Positions 10,026 to 17,943 of a DNA stretch of 64,000 bases are shown in pieces (position 1 is the stretch's first letter; each line of letters begins with the position of its first letter). This stretch comes from an uncultured Chloroflexia bacterium (lineage in GTDB: Bacteria; Chloroflexota; Limnocylindria; Limnocylindrales; CSP1-4), in assembly GCA_963820735.1 (NCBI GenBank), contig CAWGBA010000005.1, positions 8,560 to 72,559 of the forward strand, given 5' to 3'. The notes beneath the pieces are model-generated. The model did no database searches and was not told where the DNA came from. It saw nothing but the letters and a program-made list of their open reading frames with translations. The translations under genes were made by a program, and so were the position numbers.

Positions 10026-11030
10026 ATGGATCGACCCGCACCGAGCAGGCATCTTGGGCTGGACCTGGGCGGTACCAACCTCAAGTGGGCGGTCATCCAG
10101 CACGACTCGGGGACCTGGAGCACGCTCGCGAGCGGCACGATCCCAACGCGGCTCGTTCCGGATGCCGATGCAGTTCCCGCAGCGGTGGTCGACCAGATGG
10201 TCGAACTGGCGCTGGACGTGGCAACACGGCATGGACCGTTTGCGTCGGTCGGCGTGGGCGTCCCCGGCCTGTATGACCCGTCGACCGGCGCTGCGCGGTT
10301 CTTGGTCAACGTCGCGGGACCGTGGGACGGCCAGCCGATCGCAGCCCCAATCCGCGAGGCGCTTGGCGTGCCCTGTGCGCTGATCAACGACGCCCGGGCG
10401 TTCGGCCTCGCCGAGCTGCGATTGGGGGCCGCGCGCGGTGCTTCGTCGATGGCCGGGCTGACGCTGGGCACCGGCGTGGGCGGCGTCTTCGCCGTCGACG
10501 GACGCGTGCACCAGGGACACGACGGCACGGCCGGCGAATGGGGGCACCAGACCATCGATCCGGACGGCCCTTTGTGCGGTTGCGGCAACACCGGCTGCCT
10601 CGAAGCGTTCACCCGGGCTGATCGGATTGCGGCCGCCTGCGGAACTGCCACCGCCGAGGATGCGGTGCGCTGTGCCCTCGCGGGTGACGATCGCGCGGAA
10701 CGGGGGATCGCGGAGGTCGGCCGCTACCTCGGGATCGGGATCGCCAACATGATCACGGTCGTCTCGCCGGATGTGGTGGTGCTGGGCGGCGGCGTGGCGG
10801 CCGCCGGCGAGCTGCTCTTCGCGCCGATTCGCGCCGAGGTGGCGCGGCGTGTGCGAACGACATCGCTGGACAAAGTCTCGATCGTGCCGGCGGAACTGGG
10901 CGTCTGGTCCGGCAGCATCGGTGCTGCGATCCATGGCGCCGAACGCTGCCGGCCGGATCGTCGTCCCGAAGGCACTGCGAGATTCCCTCGGACTGGCCGG
11001 TGGCCAGGAGGTCGACGTCCTCGCGCGTGA
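10026..11030 (+). CDS. ROK-family sugar kinase
   Basis: HLGLDLGGTNLKWAV at the N-terminus, a DARAFGLAE segment and a CGCGNTGCLE zinc motif. The last ~30 codons (RCRPDRRPEG...) look like read-through over the vapB start, so the 3' end is uncertain. Confidence 0.8.
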   Translation: MDRPAPSRHLGLDLGGTNLKWAVIQHDSGTWSTLASGTIPTRLVPDADAVPAAVVDQMVELALDVATRHGPFASVGVGVPGLYDPSTGAARFLVNVAGPWDGQPIAAPIREALGVPCALINDARAFGLAELRLGAARGASSMAGLTLGTGVGGVFAVDGRVHQGHDGTAGEWGHQTIDPDGPLCGCGNTGCLEAFTRADRIAAACGTATAEDAVRCALAGDDRAERGIAEVGRYLGIGIANMITVVSPDVVVLGGGVAAAGELLFAPIRAEVARRVRTTSLDKVSIVPAELGVWSGSIGAAIHGAERCRPDRRPEGTARFPRTGRWPGGRRPRA

Positions 11031-11172
11031 CGGTCACCTCGAGATCGCGGTCGCGCCAACGACGATGTTTCTCCAGCGAAGTGGCTCATTCGTGGCGGCG
11101 GTTCCGGATCGGGAGCTTCCGCCGCTGACCGCGGAAATGGTGCGCGAGACGCTCGAGCAGACGCGTCGTTGA
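10933..11172 (+). CDS. vapB: AbrB/SpoVT-type antitoxin (VapB-like)
   Basis: MAPNAAGRIVVPKALRDSLGLAGGQEVDVLARDGHLEIAV is a typical looped-hinge-helix antitoxin N-terminus. Its stop overlaps the vapC start. Confidence 0.7.
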   Translation: MAPNAAGRIVVPKALRDSLGLAGGQEVDVLARDGHLEIAVAPTTMFLQRSGSFVAAVPDRELPPLTAEMVRETLEQTRR

Positions 11173-11540
11173 AGGTCGTCGACACGAGCGTTGTCGTCGC
11201 TGCCTTCGCTTCCTGGCACGAGCTCCACGGTCCGGCGGCGGCCGTCCTTGGGAGCATTCCCGGGTTGCCCGCCCAGAGCGCTATCGAGACGTACTCCGTG
11301 CTGACCCGTCTCCCGGCTCCCCATCGTGCGTCGCCGCTCGTCGTACGGGACTTCCTGGCCGCCAACTTCACGCGTCCATACCTGTCGCTTGCACCCGAGC
11401 GTTTCGCGGTTCTCATCACGGAGCTGGCTGAGCAGGGCATCGTCGGCGGCGCCACCTACGACGCGTTCATCGCCGCGGTCGCGCGCGAGGCGGGTGGCAC
11501 CCTCGTGACCTGCGATCGACGCGCTCTGTTCGACGTATGA
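11169..11540 (+). CDS. vapC: PIN-domain ribonuclease toxin (VapC-like)
   Basis: TTG start overlaps the vapB TGA. The product begins VVDTSVVVAAF with an acidic residue, is about 123 aa, and ends TCDRRALFDV. Confidence 0.75.
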   Translation: MKVVDTSVVVAAFASWHELHGPAAAVLGSIPGLPAQSAIETYSVLTRLPAPHRASPLVVRDFLAANFTRPYLSLAPERFAVLITELAEQGIVGGATYDAFIAAVAREAGGTLVTCDRRALFDV

Positions 11541-11665
11541 GCGGATCGGGATCTCTGTCGAGTACCTGGCCTCGATCTGACTCAAGGGCACACGGTTCGA
11601 TCGGCCCGTCTGAAACCGCGTCCAGCGGTTGGGTGCTGATTTCGCGGATTGCGCCTCAGTCCGAC

Positions 11666-12560
11666 TCAGCCCGCGAGCGAGGCTCGAAGCCCAGGGATGA
11701 CGTCCTCGGCGATCCGACGGACCATCGGCCAATCCTCGGCCTTGGGCCCGTCGACCGAGAAGTCGGTGAAGCCGGCGGCATGGCTTCGGGTCACGAAGTC
11801 CACGTAGGCATCCTCGGACGTGAGCGCGTCACGGCGCGTCCACAGAGAGCGGCGGATCGTGGTCGGGTCTCGACCAACCGTCCGGCAGGCCTCGTCGAGA
11901 CGCTTGAGCTGGTCGGCGGTGTCCTCGGTCACGCCTTCTGTGGCCGCACCGGGCATCTCCGCGAAGGTGTCCCACTGGTCGGCGTAGCGAGCGGCGATGG
12001 CCAGCATCCTGGGTCGGTGGGCCGCGATGAGCAGTGGGATCCGGGGCTTCTGGAACGGCGCCGGCACCAGGTAGGCGTCATCGAGCCGGTAGTAACGACC
12101 CTGGTACGAGCCCTGGCCCTCGTCCATCAGCAGCCGCATGATCTGGACCGCTTCCTCCAAGCCGGTCGACCCGCTCCACCGCCGCTGGGAAGTCGATGCC
12201 GAATCGGCGGTGCTCGTCCTCGAACCAGCCGGTTCCGATGCCCAGGACGAGCCGGCCCTCGCTCACGTGGTCGACCGTGACGGCCTGCTTCAGCAGCAGC
12301 GCTGGGTGCCGGAACGTGTTGCTGGACACGAGCGGTCCCAGCCGGATGCGCGACGTGCGCGCGGCGACGGCCGTCAGTACCGTCCACGACTCGTGCATCG
12401 CGTCGGTCGGCGGTCCGTCGGGGTTCTTGACGTGGTCCGGCAGCCAGGCATGGTCGAAGCCAAGGTCCTCGGCCATCTGGAACTCGTCGTACAGCTGCTG
12501 GAGGGATTTGCCGGCCGCGGGGATGAACAGGCCGAATCCGAGCGACGGACGAGTCGTCAT
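11666..12560 (-). CDS. LLM-class (luciferase-like, probably F420-dependent) oxidoreductase, one frameshift near 12150
   Basis: N-terminal fragment 12078-12560 (GFDHAWLPDH...RLVLGIGTGWFEDEH) joins C-terminal fragment 11666-12160 (YYRLDDAYLVPAPFQKPRIPLLIAAHRPRML). Confidence 0.75.
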
Positions 12561-12640
12561 CCCGGAACACTAGCAGCCGGCTGGTGGTCGGCGTCACGAG
12601 CCGGGAGCGTGCTCGCGAGGCTCGTTCGAGTCTATGAGGA

Positions 12641-13072
12641 TTACGTGCCCATGTTCGTTCGGGGCCGACCGGAGTCGACCACGGCCCGTGCGCCGAAGAC
12701 GTACCGGCGCAGGCAAACGCCTCGCAATGCGTCGGCGATTGCCCCGAGGACCCGCGTGAGCTCAGATGGTTCCGACACGCCGCAGGCCCTCTCCCACGGC
12801 GACATGTGACGCAAGATCCGCGGCCCGCTCGGCGTCGTCTGGCCAGTCGGGACGTGTCGCGAGGACAAAGCTGCGAGGTCGTCGGCGACCCGGAACGAGT
12901 CGTCCGAACCCAGTCGTTGCCGGCGCTCGAGCCAGGCCGCGGTCTTCCACTCGTCGATCGCCGACCAGTCGCGCTCCGCAAAGTCGATCAGGTCCTGCCG
13001 GGCCACCGCACGATCATCACGTCGCCTGGAGGCGATCGAGCGTGTCGCGCGAGTCCCCGTCCGCCTCGCCAT
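12641..13072 (-). CDS. hypothetical small protein, probably frameshifted; boundaries uncertain
   Basis: An internal ATG at 13072 avoids overlap with the ATPase gene. The segment DLIDFAERDWSAIDEWKTAAWLERRQRLG has coding-like composition. It may continue in the frame of ORF 12762-12950 (RPDWPDDAERAADLASHVAVGEGL). Confidence 0.3.
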   Translation of the reverse strand: MARRTGTRATRSIASRRRDDRAVARQDLIDFAERDWSAIDEWKTAAWLERRQRLGSDDSFRVADDLAALSSRHVPTGQTTPSGPRILRHMSPWERACGVSEPSELTRVLGAIADALRGVCLRRYVFGARAVVDSGRPRTNMGT

Positions 13073-13098
13073 TTTGACGATGCTTCTGTCGCGCCCGC

Positions 13099-14379
13099 TC
13101 AGGGTGCGAGCGTTCCGATTGGCACGACGTCCACTCCGTCCGGCCGACGATACGCGTATCCCCATCCGGTGATCACCGCCAGCACCGCAGGATGGCCGTG
13201 CCTGTCGGCATCGACCCGTTCGCCGAGTCGCAGAAGCTTCTCGGCCGCAGCGTCGATCTGCGCTTGACCCAGCTTGACCTCGAAAGCAGCCCACCTGCCA
13301 TCAGCGAGTTCAACGATCGCGTCCGCCTCGAGCCCGGTGTTGTCGCGGTAGTGCAGGACGGAGCCATCGATGACCTGAGAATAGATGCGAAGGTCGCGGA
13401 CGACCAGGGACTCGAACAGCAGGCCCAGGGTCTCCACGTCGCGTACCAGGCGATCGGGAGTCGCGTTCAACGCAGCCGCGGCGAGCGACGGGTCCACGAA
13501 GTGTCGAACCGGCGTGGTCCGCAGCAGGCTACGTGAGCGCAGGGCTGGAGCCCAGGCGGGGAGGTCCTCCAGAATGAAAACCCGTGTCAGGGCGTCGAGG
13601 TAGTCCCCGACCGTGGCGTGCTTGATCGGGCCGTCCGGGCCGCTCACATCGGCGGCGATCGACCGTTCGGAGACGGATGTTGCGACGTTCCTCGCCAATG
13701 ACCGGATCACGCGCCCGACGTTCTCCGGGTCGCGCCGGACGCCGTCGAGGCGGCGCACGTCGATGCGCCGTGTGTCGTCGAGGTAGTCACGGAGGATCCT
13801 GCGCGCCTGATCCGGGGTGCTTTCGAGCAACCTCGGCCATCCGCCTACGATGATGCGCTCGGCGATGTCAGTGATCGTCAGGCCAGGGTCGCCCGCACGC
13901 GGCCCCTCGTCGGCGAACAGCGCAGCCAGGGAAACCTCGCCCGTGGAATGTCCGCTCTCGACGAGAGACATCGGCCGCATCCGCAGCCGAGAGATGCGGA
14001 GGGCGCCGCTGTGGCGGGTAATGTCGTCGCTGGGGACGGCGGATCCGGTCAAGATGTACTGACCGGGTTGGTCGGGATGATCATCGACGTCACGTCGAAC
14101 GTGGTTCCAGACCCCCGGCACGAGCTGCCACTCATCGATGAGGCAGGGCTTCGCGCCCTTCAGTAGTACGGCTGGGGCGACAAGCCCGGCCGCACGGGCC
14201 TGATCATCGGTATCGAGAAGTACTTCGCTGTGCGCAGCGTGACGTCCGGTCGCCGTTTTCCCGCAGGCGCGTGCACCATCTAGCAGCACCGCTCCGGCGA
14301 CATCGAGGCGTGATGCGAGCTCGGTGTCCGCGAACCGCGAGCGATAAGCGTTCCCACTGACCTTGTTCCGGGGGCCCAT
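13099..14379 (-). CDS. AAA-type ATP-binding protein with DUF4143 C-terminal region (COG1373-like)
   Basis: Uninterrupted 426-aa ORF with the P-loop GARACGKTAT, a Walker B-like CLIDEWQ, and a C-terminal HYRDNTGLEADAIVE segment typical of this family. Confidence 0.75.
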   Translation of the reverse strand: MGPRNKVSGNAYRSRFADTELASRLDVAGAVLLDGARACGKTATGRHAAHSEVLLDTDDQARAAGLVAPAVLLKGAKPCLIDEWQLVPGVWNHVRRDVDDHPDQPGQYILTGSAVPSDDITRHSGALRISRLRMRPMSLVESGHSTGEVSLAALFADEGPRAGDPGLTITDIAERIIVGGWPRLLESTPDQARRILRDYLDDTRRIDVRRLDGVRRDPENVGRVIRSLARNVATSVSERSIAADVSGPDGPIKHATVGDYLDALTRVFILEDLPAWAPALRSRSLLRTTPVRHFVDPSLAAAALNATPDRLVRDVETLGLLFESLVVRDLRIYSQVIDGSVLHYRDNTGLEADAIVELADGRWAAFEVKLGQAQIDAAAEKLLRLGERVDADRHGHPAVLAVITGWGYAYRRPDGVDVVPIGTLAP

Positions 14380-14517
14380 TAAGATCGAGTTTAGGGGGCC
14401 AATTGTAACAAGTCAAGGGCGCCAGATAAGAGGTGCCGCGATGACCGCGTTTGGTGCTCCTGACATCAATGACGTGATGCCGTGACCTCGGCAACGATGG
14501 CTATATCGACCTTTTGC

Positions 14518-15503
14518 CTAGATTGACCGTGCCGGCTGGCTCGGCAACGCCAGGAAGCGCGCGGGGTTCTCGATCAGGATCGAGTCCGTTGCCGCATCTC
14601 CGATGCGTCGGCGCAGTCGCGGGACGAACGTGTCCATCAGGGTGCGCATGCCCGGGCCGCCACCGTACGAGCGGTAGTTGTCCGGCGTGCCCAGGTCCAG
14701 GCCGAGCATCAGCCGCTCGCCGTGCCCGACCGTGATCATCTGCTCGATCAGCTCGAGGAGCTGGCTGTCCGGCCGGTACTTGATGCGCCCAACGGTGTCG
14801 TAGACGAGAGAGATGCCGCGCGCACAGGATCTCCTCATGGAGCTCGGCGTCCGGATTGCGGTCGAGGTGCGCGAGGCAGATGCGCTCCGGTGATGCGCCA
14901 CTCTCAGTGCAGCAGGTCGACGATTTCGTGCCCGAAGGTCCCGATCTCCGTGTGGACGACGATCCCGGCACCGGTCTGCGCGCTTGCGGTCGCGGCCGCG
15001 ACCAGGCGTCGGCGCTCTCCGCTGGTGATCCGCTGGTATGACGCCCCGACCTTGATCACGCCTGCGCGAGCCGGATCCGCAGGTGCAGTGTCCAGCCAAT
15101 CATTTGGGTGCATCCCGATCGTGAGATCGCTCACCATTCGCGAAACGAGGAGCTCCTCGTCGGCGGCGTGGACCCAATGACCGGCCGAATAGTGGGCGTC
15201 GCGGTGATAGCCGGTTGCGCCGACGATACCGACGCCGGTTCGCTGGGACACCTCACGCAGCAGGTCCGGACGCCGCCCGAGGCCGATCGGCGTCAGCTCA
15301 ACGATCGTGCCGATGCCACTTGCGGCCGCGTCCGTGACCTCGGTGGCAACACGCTCCGGGTCGGTCAGCTCCCCATCGAGGGCAGGGGACTTGATGAACA
15401 GGTGATCGTGCGCATCCACGGCACCGATCGTCGACGGCGCGACGGGTCCGAGAACCGTGACGACGACGGGATCAGGCACGTCCCGCAGCGACCTCGTCCT
15501 CAC
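14518..15503 (-). CDS. phosphotriesterase-family (PTE/PHP-like) metal hydrolase, two frameshifts
   Basis: Fragments 14904-15503 (GAVDAHDHLF...IVVHTEIGT), 14501-14971 (CLAHLDRNPD) and 14518-15099 (RLMLGLDLG...IENPARFL) tile one TIM-barrel hydrolase. Confidence 0.7.
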
Positions 15504-17943
15504 GGGTACGCCCGGCCAGCGCGATCAGGTCCTCGTGGAGCTCGAACCAGGCGCCGTGGTAGCTGTCGACACGGGGCGAGGCAACAAAGCGGCCGTCGCC
15601 GGCAAGAGCTGCCGCAACGGCGCTCGTGAGCCGACGTCGGTAGGTGAACGCTCGCGGCCAGCCGGACCCGACCCCTTCGAGCCATGCCAGCGCGTCCTCG
15701 TGGACGACGACGAGGCGCTCGAGCACACTCTGGTCGTAGCCGGCATCGGTGTGGTCGTTAGGGACCTGTTGGCCATCGATGGGTCGCAACTGCCAGGCCG
15801 TGACCGTCTCCTTGACCCGGCTGTCGATGTCGATGAAGGCGTCGAGCGCGGCGATGGCCGGCTCGGATCCCATTCGTGCGCGCTCGCCGTCGAGCGCGTT
15901 CGCACGTCTCGCTTTGCCGGTTTCGGTGAGGCGAAACGCGCCCGCCGTCGTGGTGATCTCACCAGAAGCCGTCAAGGCGTCGAGCACTGGCGCGACGACA
16001 TCCGGTGTCGTCCCAAGGGTCGTGCAGAGCGCGTCGGTCGTCGCCATGCCCTTCACCGATATCGCGGCAACGAGCTCATCCGGTTCGACTGCTTGCCCGA
16101 CCGCGGCATCGCCGCCCGCTTGCCCGACCGCGGCATCGCCGCCCGCTTGCCCGACCGCGGCATCGCCGCCCGCTTGCCCGACCGCGGCATCGCCGCCCGC
16201 TTGCCCGACCGCGGCATCGCCGCCCGCTTGCCCGACCGCGGCATCGCCGCCCGCTTGCCCGACCGCGGCATCGCCGCCCGCTTGCCCGACCGCGGCATCG
16301 CCGCCCGCTTGCCCGACCGCGGCATCGCCGCCCGCTTGCCCGACCGCGGCATCGCCGCCCGCTTGCCCGACCGCGGCATCGCCGCCCGCTTGCCCGACCG
16401 CGGCATCGCCGCCCGCTTGCCCGACCGCGGCATCGCCGCCCGCTTGCGTTTCTTTGGCTGACTCGGAAGAAACGGCGATGCCGAGCTCCTTGGCCCAGCC
16501 GAGGAGAGTGACCGCTTCAGGGCAGATCTCCGACGTTCCGGTCGTTGCGCCGAGATAAACCGCGCCCGTTTCGCCGTCGATCGTGATCGTCTGGCCCGCT
16601 GGGACGCGTGCGCCGCTCAGTCGAATCTCCCGATCGCCGACTTCCAGGGCATGCGCCCCGACGACGGCCGGAATTCCCCAGCCGCGCGCCACGACAGCCG
16701 CGTGGCTGGCCAACCCGCCGTGCGCCGTGAGGATTCCTGCCGCTCGCGCCATGCCGTGGACGTCGTCCGGCGAAGTCTCTGCGCGCACAAGGATCACCTG
16801 TCGTCCCGCATCTGCGGCGGCAACGGCCGCCTCGGGCGTCAGCGCGACCTCGCCGCTGGCGATCCCCGGTGAGGCGCCAAGACCGCTGGTCATGGGCACG
16901 GCGCTCGGAGGCATGCCGGTCGAGACGCGGGGCGGATCCCCGAGCAGTGGCGCAACCCGCGCGATTGCCTCGGCGCGCGAGAGTGGAAACTCCTCGTCCT
17001 GCGCCATGTCGACGGCCATCCGGAGCGCCGCGCGAGGGCTTCGCTTGCCGACACGGACCTGGAGCAGCCACAGCTTCCCGTCTTCGATCGTGAACTCGAT
17101 GTCGCACAGGTCACGGTAGTGATGCTCGAGCCGCCCCGCCGCATTTCGCAACGCGGCAGCGGCGTCCGGCAGGCGGGCATCGAGAGCCGCGATCGGCTCG
17201 GTCGCGTGCGTGCCGGCGACCACGTCCTCGCCCTGCGCGTGGAAGAGGACGTCGCCGTAGAGACCCGCAACACCGGTCGCCGGGCTTCGCGTGAAGACGA
17301 CGCCCGTGGCCGAATCGGGGCCGCGGTTGCCGAAGACCATGGCCTGGACCGTGACACCGGTGCCGAGCGTGTCCGGGATGCGCTCCTTGGCTCGGTAGAC
17401 ACGCGCCCGGCCGCCGTTCCAGGAGCGGAAGACCGCTTCGATCGCCAGGCGGAGCTGTTGCCACGGATCGTCCGGCGCGTCGGTGCCGACGATCTCGCGG
17501 AACATCGTGCGGAACCGGGCGAGACAGTCGGCGGCGAAGGACGGATCTCGCGTGGCCGTCCCCAGACCGCGGGCGCTCTCGTCGTCGAGGCCGAGGTCGA
17601 GGATCGTGTCCATCATCCCGGGCATCGACACGGCCGCGCCGGAGCGCACGCTGACCAGCAGCGGGTCGGCCCGATCCCCGAAACGGCGGCCGAGCGCGTT
17701 CTCGAGGGTTGTCATCGAGAGGCGCAACTCGTCGTCGAGCCCGGCCGGCCAGCCAGTGTCGAGGTAGCCGCGACACGCCATGGTCGTGATCACGAACCCC
17801 GGCGGCACGGGGAGCCCGAGATCGCGCGCCATCACGCCGAGGTTGGCCGCCTTTCCACCGAGCAGCTCCACGCGGTCCGCTTCGGACAGCGCGTGTGGAT
17901 GGTCCAGCGGGTAGACGAGTCGAGCGCCGTCGGCCTCGTTCAC
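15472..17943 (-). CDS. PPDK/PEP-synthase-like enzyme with an ATP-grasp N-terminal region and a phosphohistidine swivel domain; a repeat linker and unrelated C-terminal domain replace the PEP/pyruvate TIM barrel
   Basis: Uninterrupted 823-aa ORF. GTG at 17943 overlaps the upstream stop. The N-terminus reads LLGGKAANLGVMARDLGLPVPPGFVITT and the swivel motif reads TAHGGLASHAAVVARGWGIPAVVG. Thirteen AGGDAAVGQ repeats follow, then about 206 aa with no TIM-barrel motifs. Confidence 0.8.
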   Translation of the reverse strand: MNEADGARLVYPLDHPHALSEADRVELLGGKAANLGVMARDLGLPVPPGFVITTMACRGYLDTGWPAGLDDELRLSMTTLENALGRRFGDRADPLLVSVRSGAAVSMPGMMDTILDLGLDDESARGLGTATRDPSFAADCLARFRTMFREIVGTDAPDDPWQQLRLAIEAVFRSWNGGRARVYRAKERIPDTLGTGVTVQAMVFGNRGPDSATGVVFTRSPATGVAGLYGDVLFHAQGEDVVAGTHATEPIAALDARLPDAAAALRNAAGRLEHHYRDLCDIEFTIEDGKLWLLQVRVGKRSPRAALRMAVDMAQDEEFPLSRAEAIARVAPLLGDPPRVSTGMPPSAVPMTSGLGASPGIASGEVALTPEAAVAAADAGRQVILVRAETSPDDVHGMARAAGILTAHGGLASHAAVVARGWGIPAVVGAHALEVGDREIRLSGARVPAGQTITIDGETGAVYLGATTGTSEICPEAVTLLGWAKELGIAVSSESAKETQAGGDAAVGQAGGDAAVGQAGGDAAVGQAGGDAAVGQAGGDAAVGQAGGDAAVGQAGGDAAVGQAGGDAAVGQAGGDAAVGQAGGDAAVGQAGGDAAVGQAGGDAAVGQAGGDAAVGQAVEPDELVAAISVKGMATTDALCTTLGTTPDVVAPVLDALTASGEITTTAGAFRLTETGKARRANALDGERARMGSEPAIAALDAFIDIDSRVKETVTAWQLRPIDGQQVPNDHTDAGYDQSVLERLVVVHEDALAWLEGVGSGWPRAFTYRRRLTSAVAAALAGDGRFVASPRVDSYHGAWFELHEDLIALAGRTREDEVAAGRA
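16091..16447. repeat. perfect 27-nt tandem repeat, 13 full copies plus a 6-nt partial copy
   Basis: The unit gcttgcccgaccgcggcatcgccgccc repeats without any mismatch from 16091 to 16441. It is in frame on the minus strand and encodes (AGGDAAVGQ)13. Confidence 0.95.

Noticed and set aside
9704-10934. Long opposite-strand or alternate-frame ORFs. Examples: 9704-10651, 9981-10934, 17111-17980, 18977-20296, 26495-27646, 28393-30012, 41697-43178, 42866-43855, 44051-45220, 50462-51421, 60349-61485.
   Set aside because: They are typical high-GC shadow ORFs. They have Arg/Pro/Gly/Ala-dominated composition and no motifs, and each fully overlaps a gene with clear family signatures on the other strand or frame.
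11541-11665. tRNA-like T-loop (GGTTCGATC near 11594) in the vapC-LLM convergent gap.
   Set aside because: There is no complementary acceptor stem and no coherent D or anticodon arms around it. The segment starting GCGGATC has no matching GATCCGC 3' end.
16091-16447. Possible CRISPR array (regular 27-nt repeats; likewise the 18-nt repeats at 34084-34194).
   Set aside because: The units are directly tandem with no spacers. The 27-mers are in frame inside a well-supported coding region, and no cas genes are present.
15457-16558. Repeat-containing ORFs 15457-16461, 15749-16558, 16005-16511 and 16053-16433 (RLPDRGIAA, PTAASPPAC, PRHRRPLAR and similar repeats).
   Set aside because: They are alternate-frame or antisense translations of the same 27-nt repeat. 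Only the minus-strand frame is flanked by recognisable protein domains.
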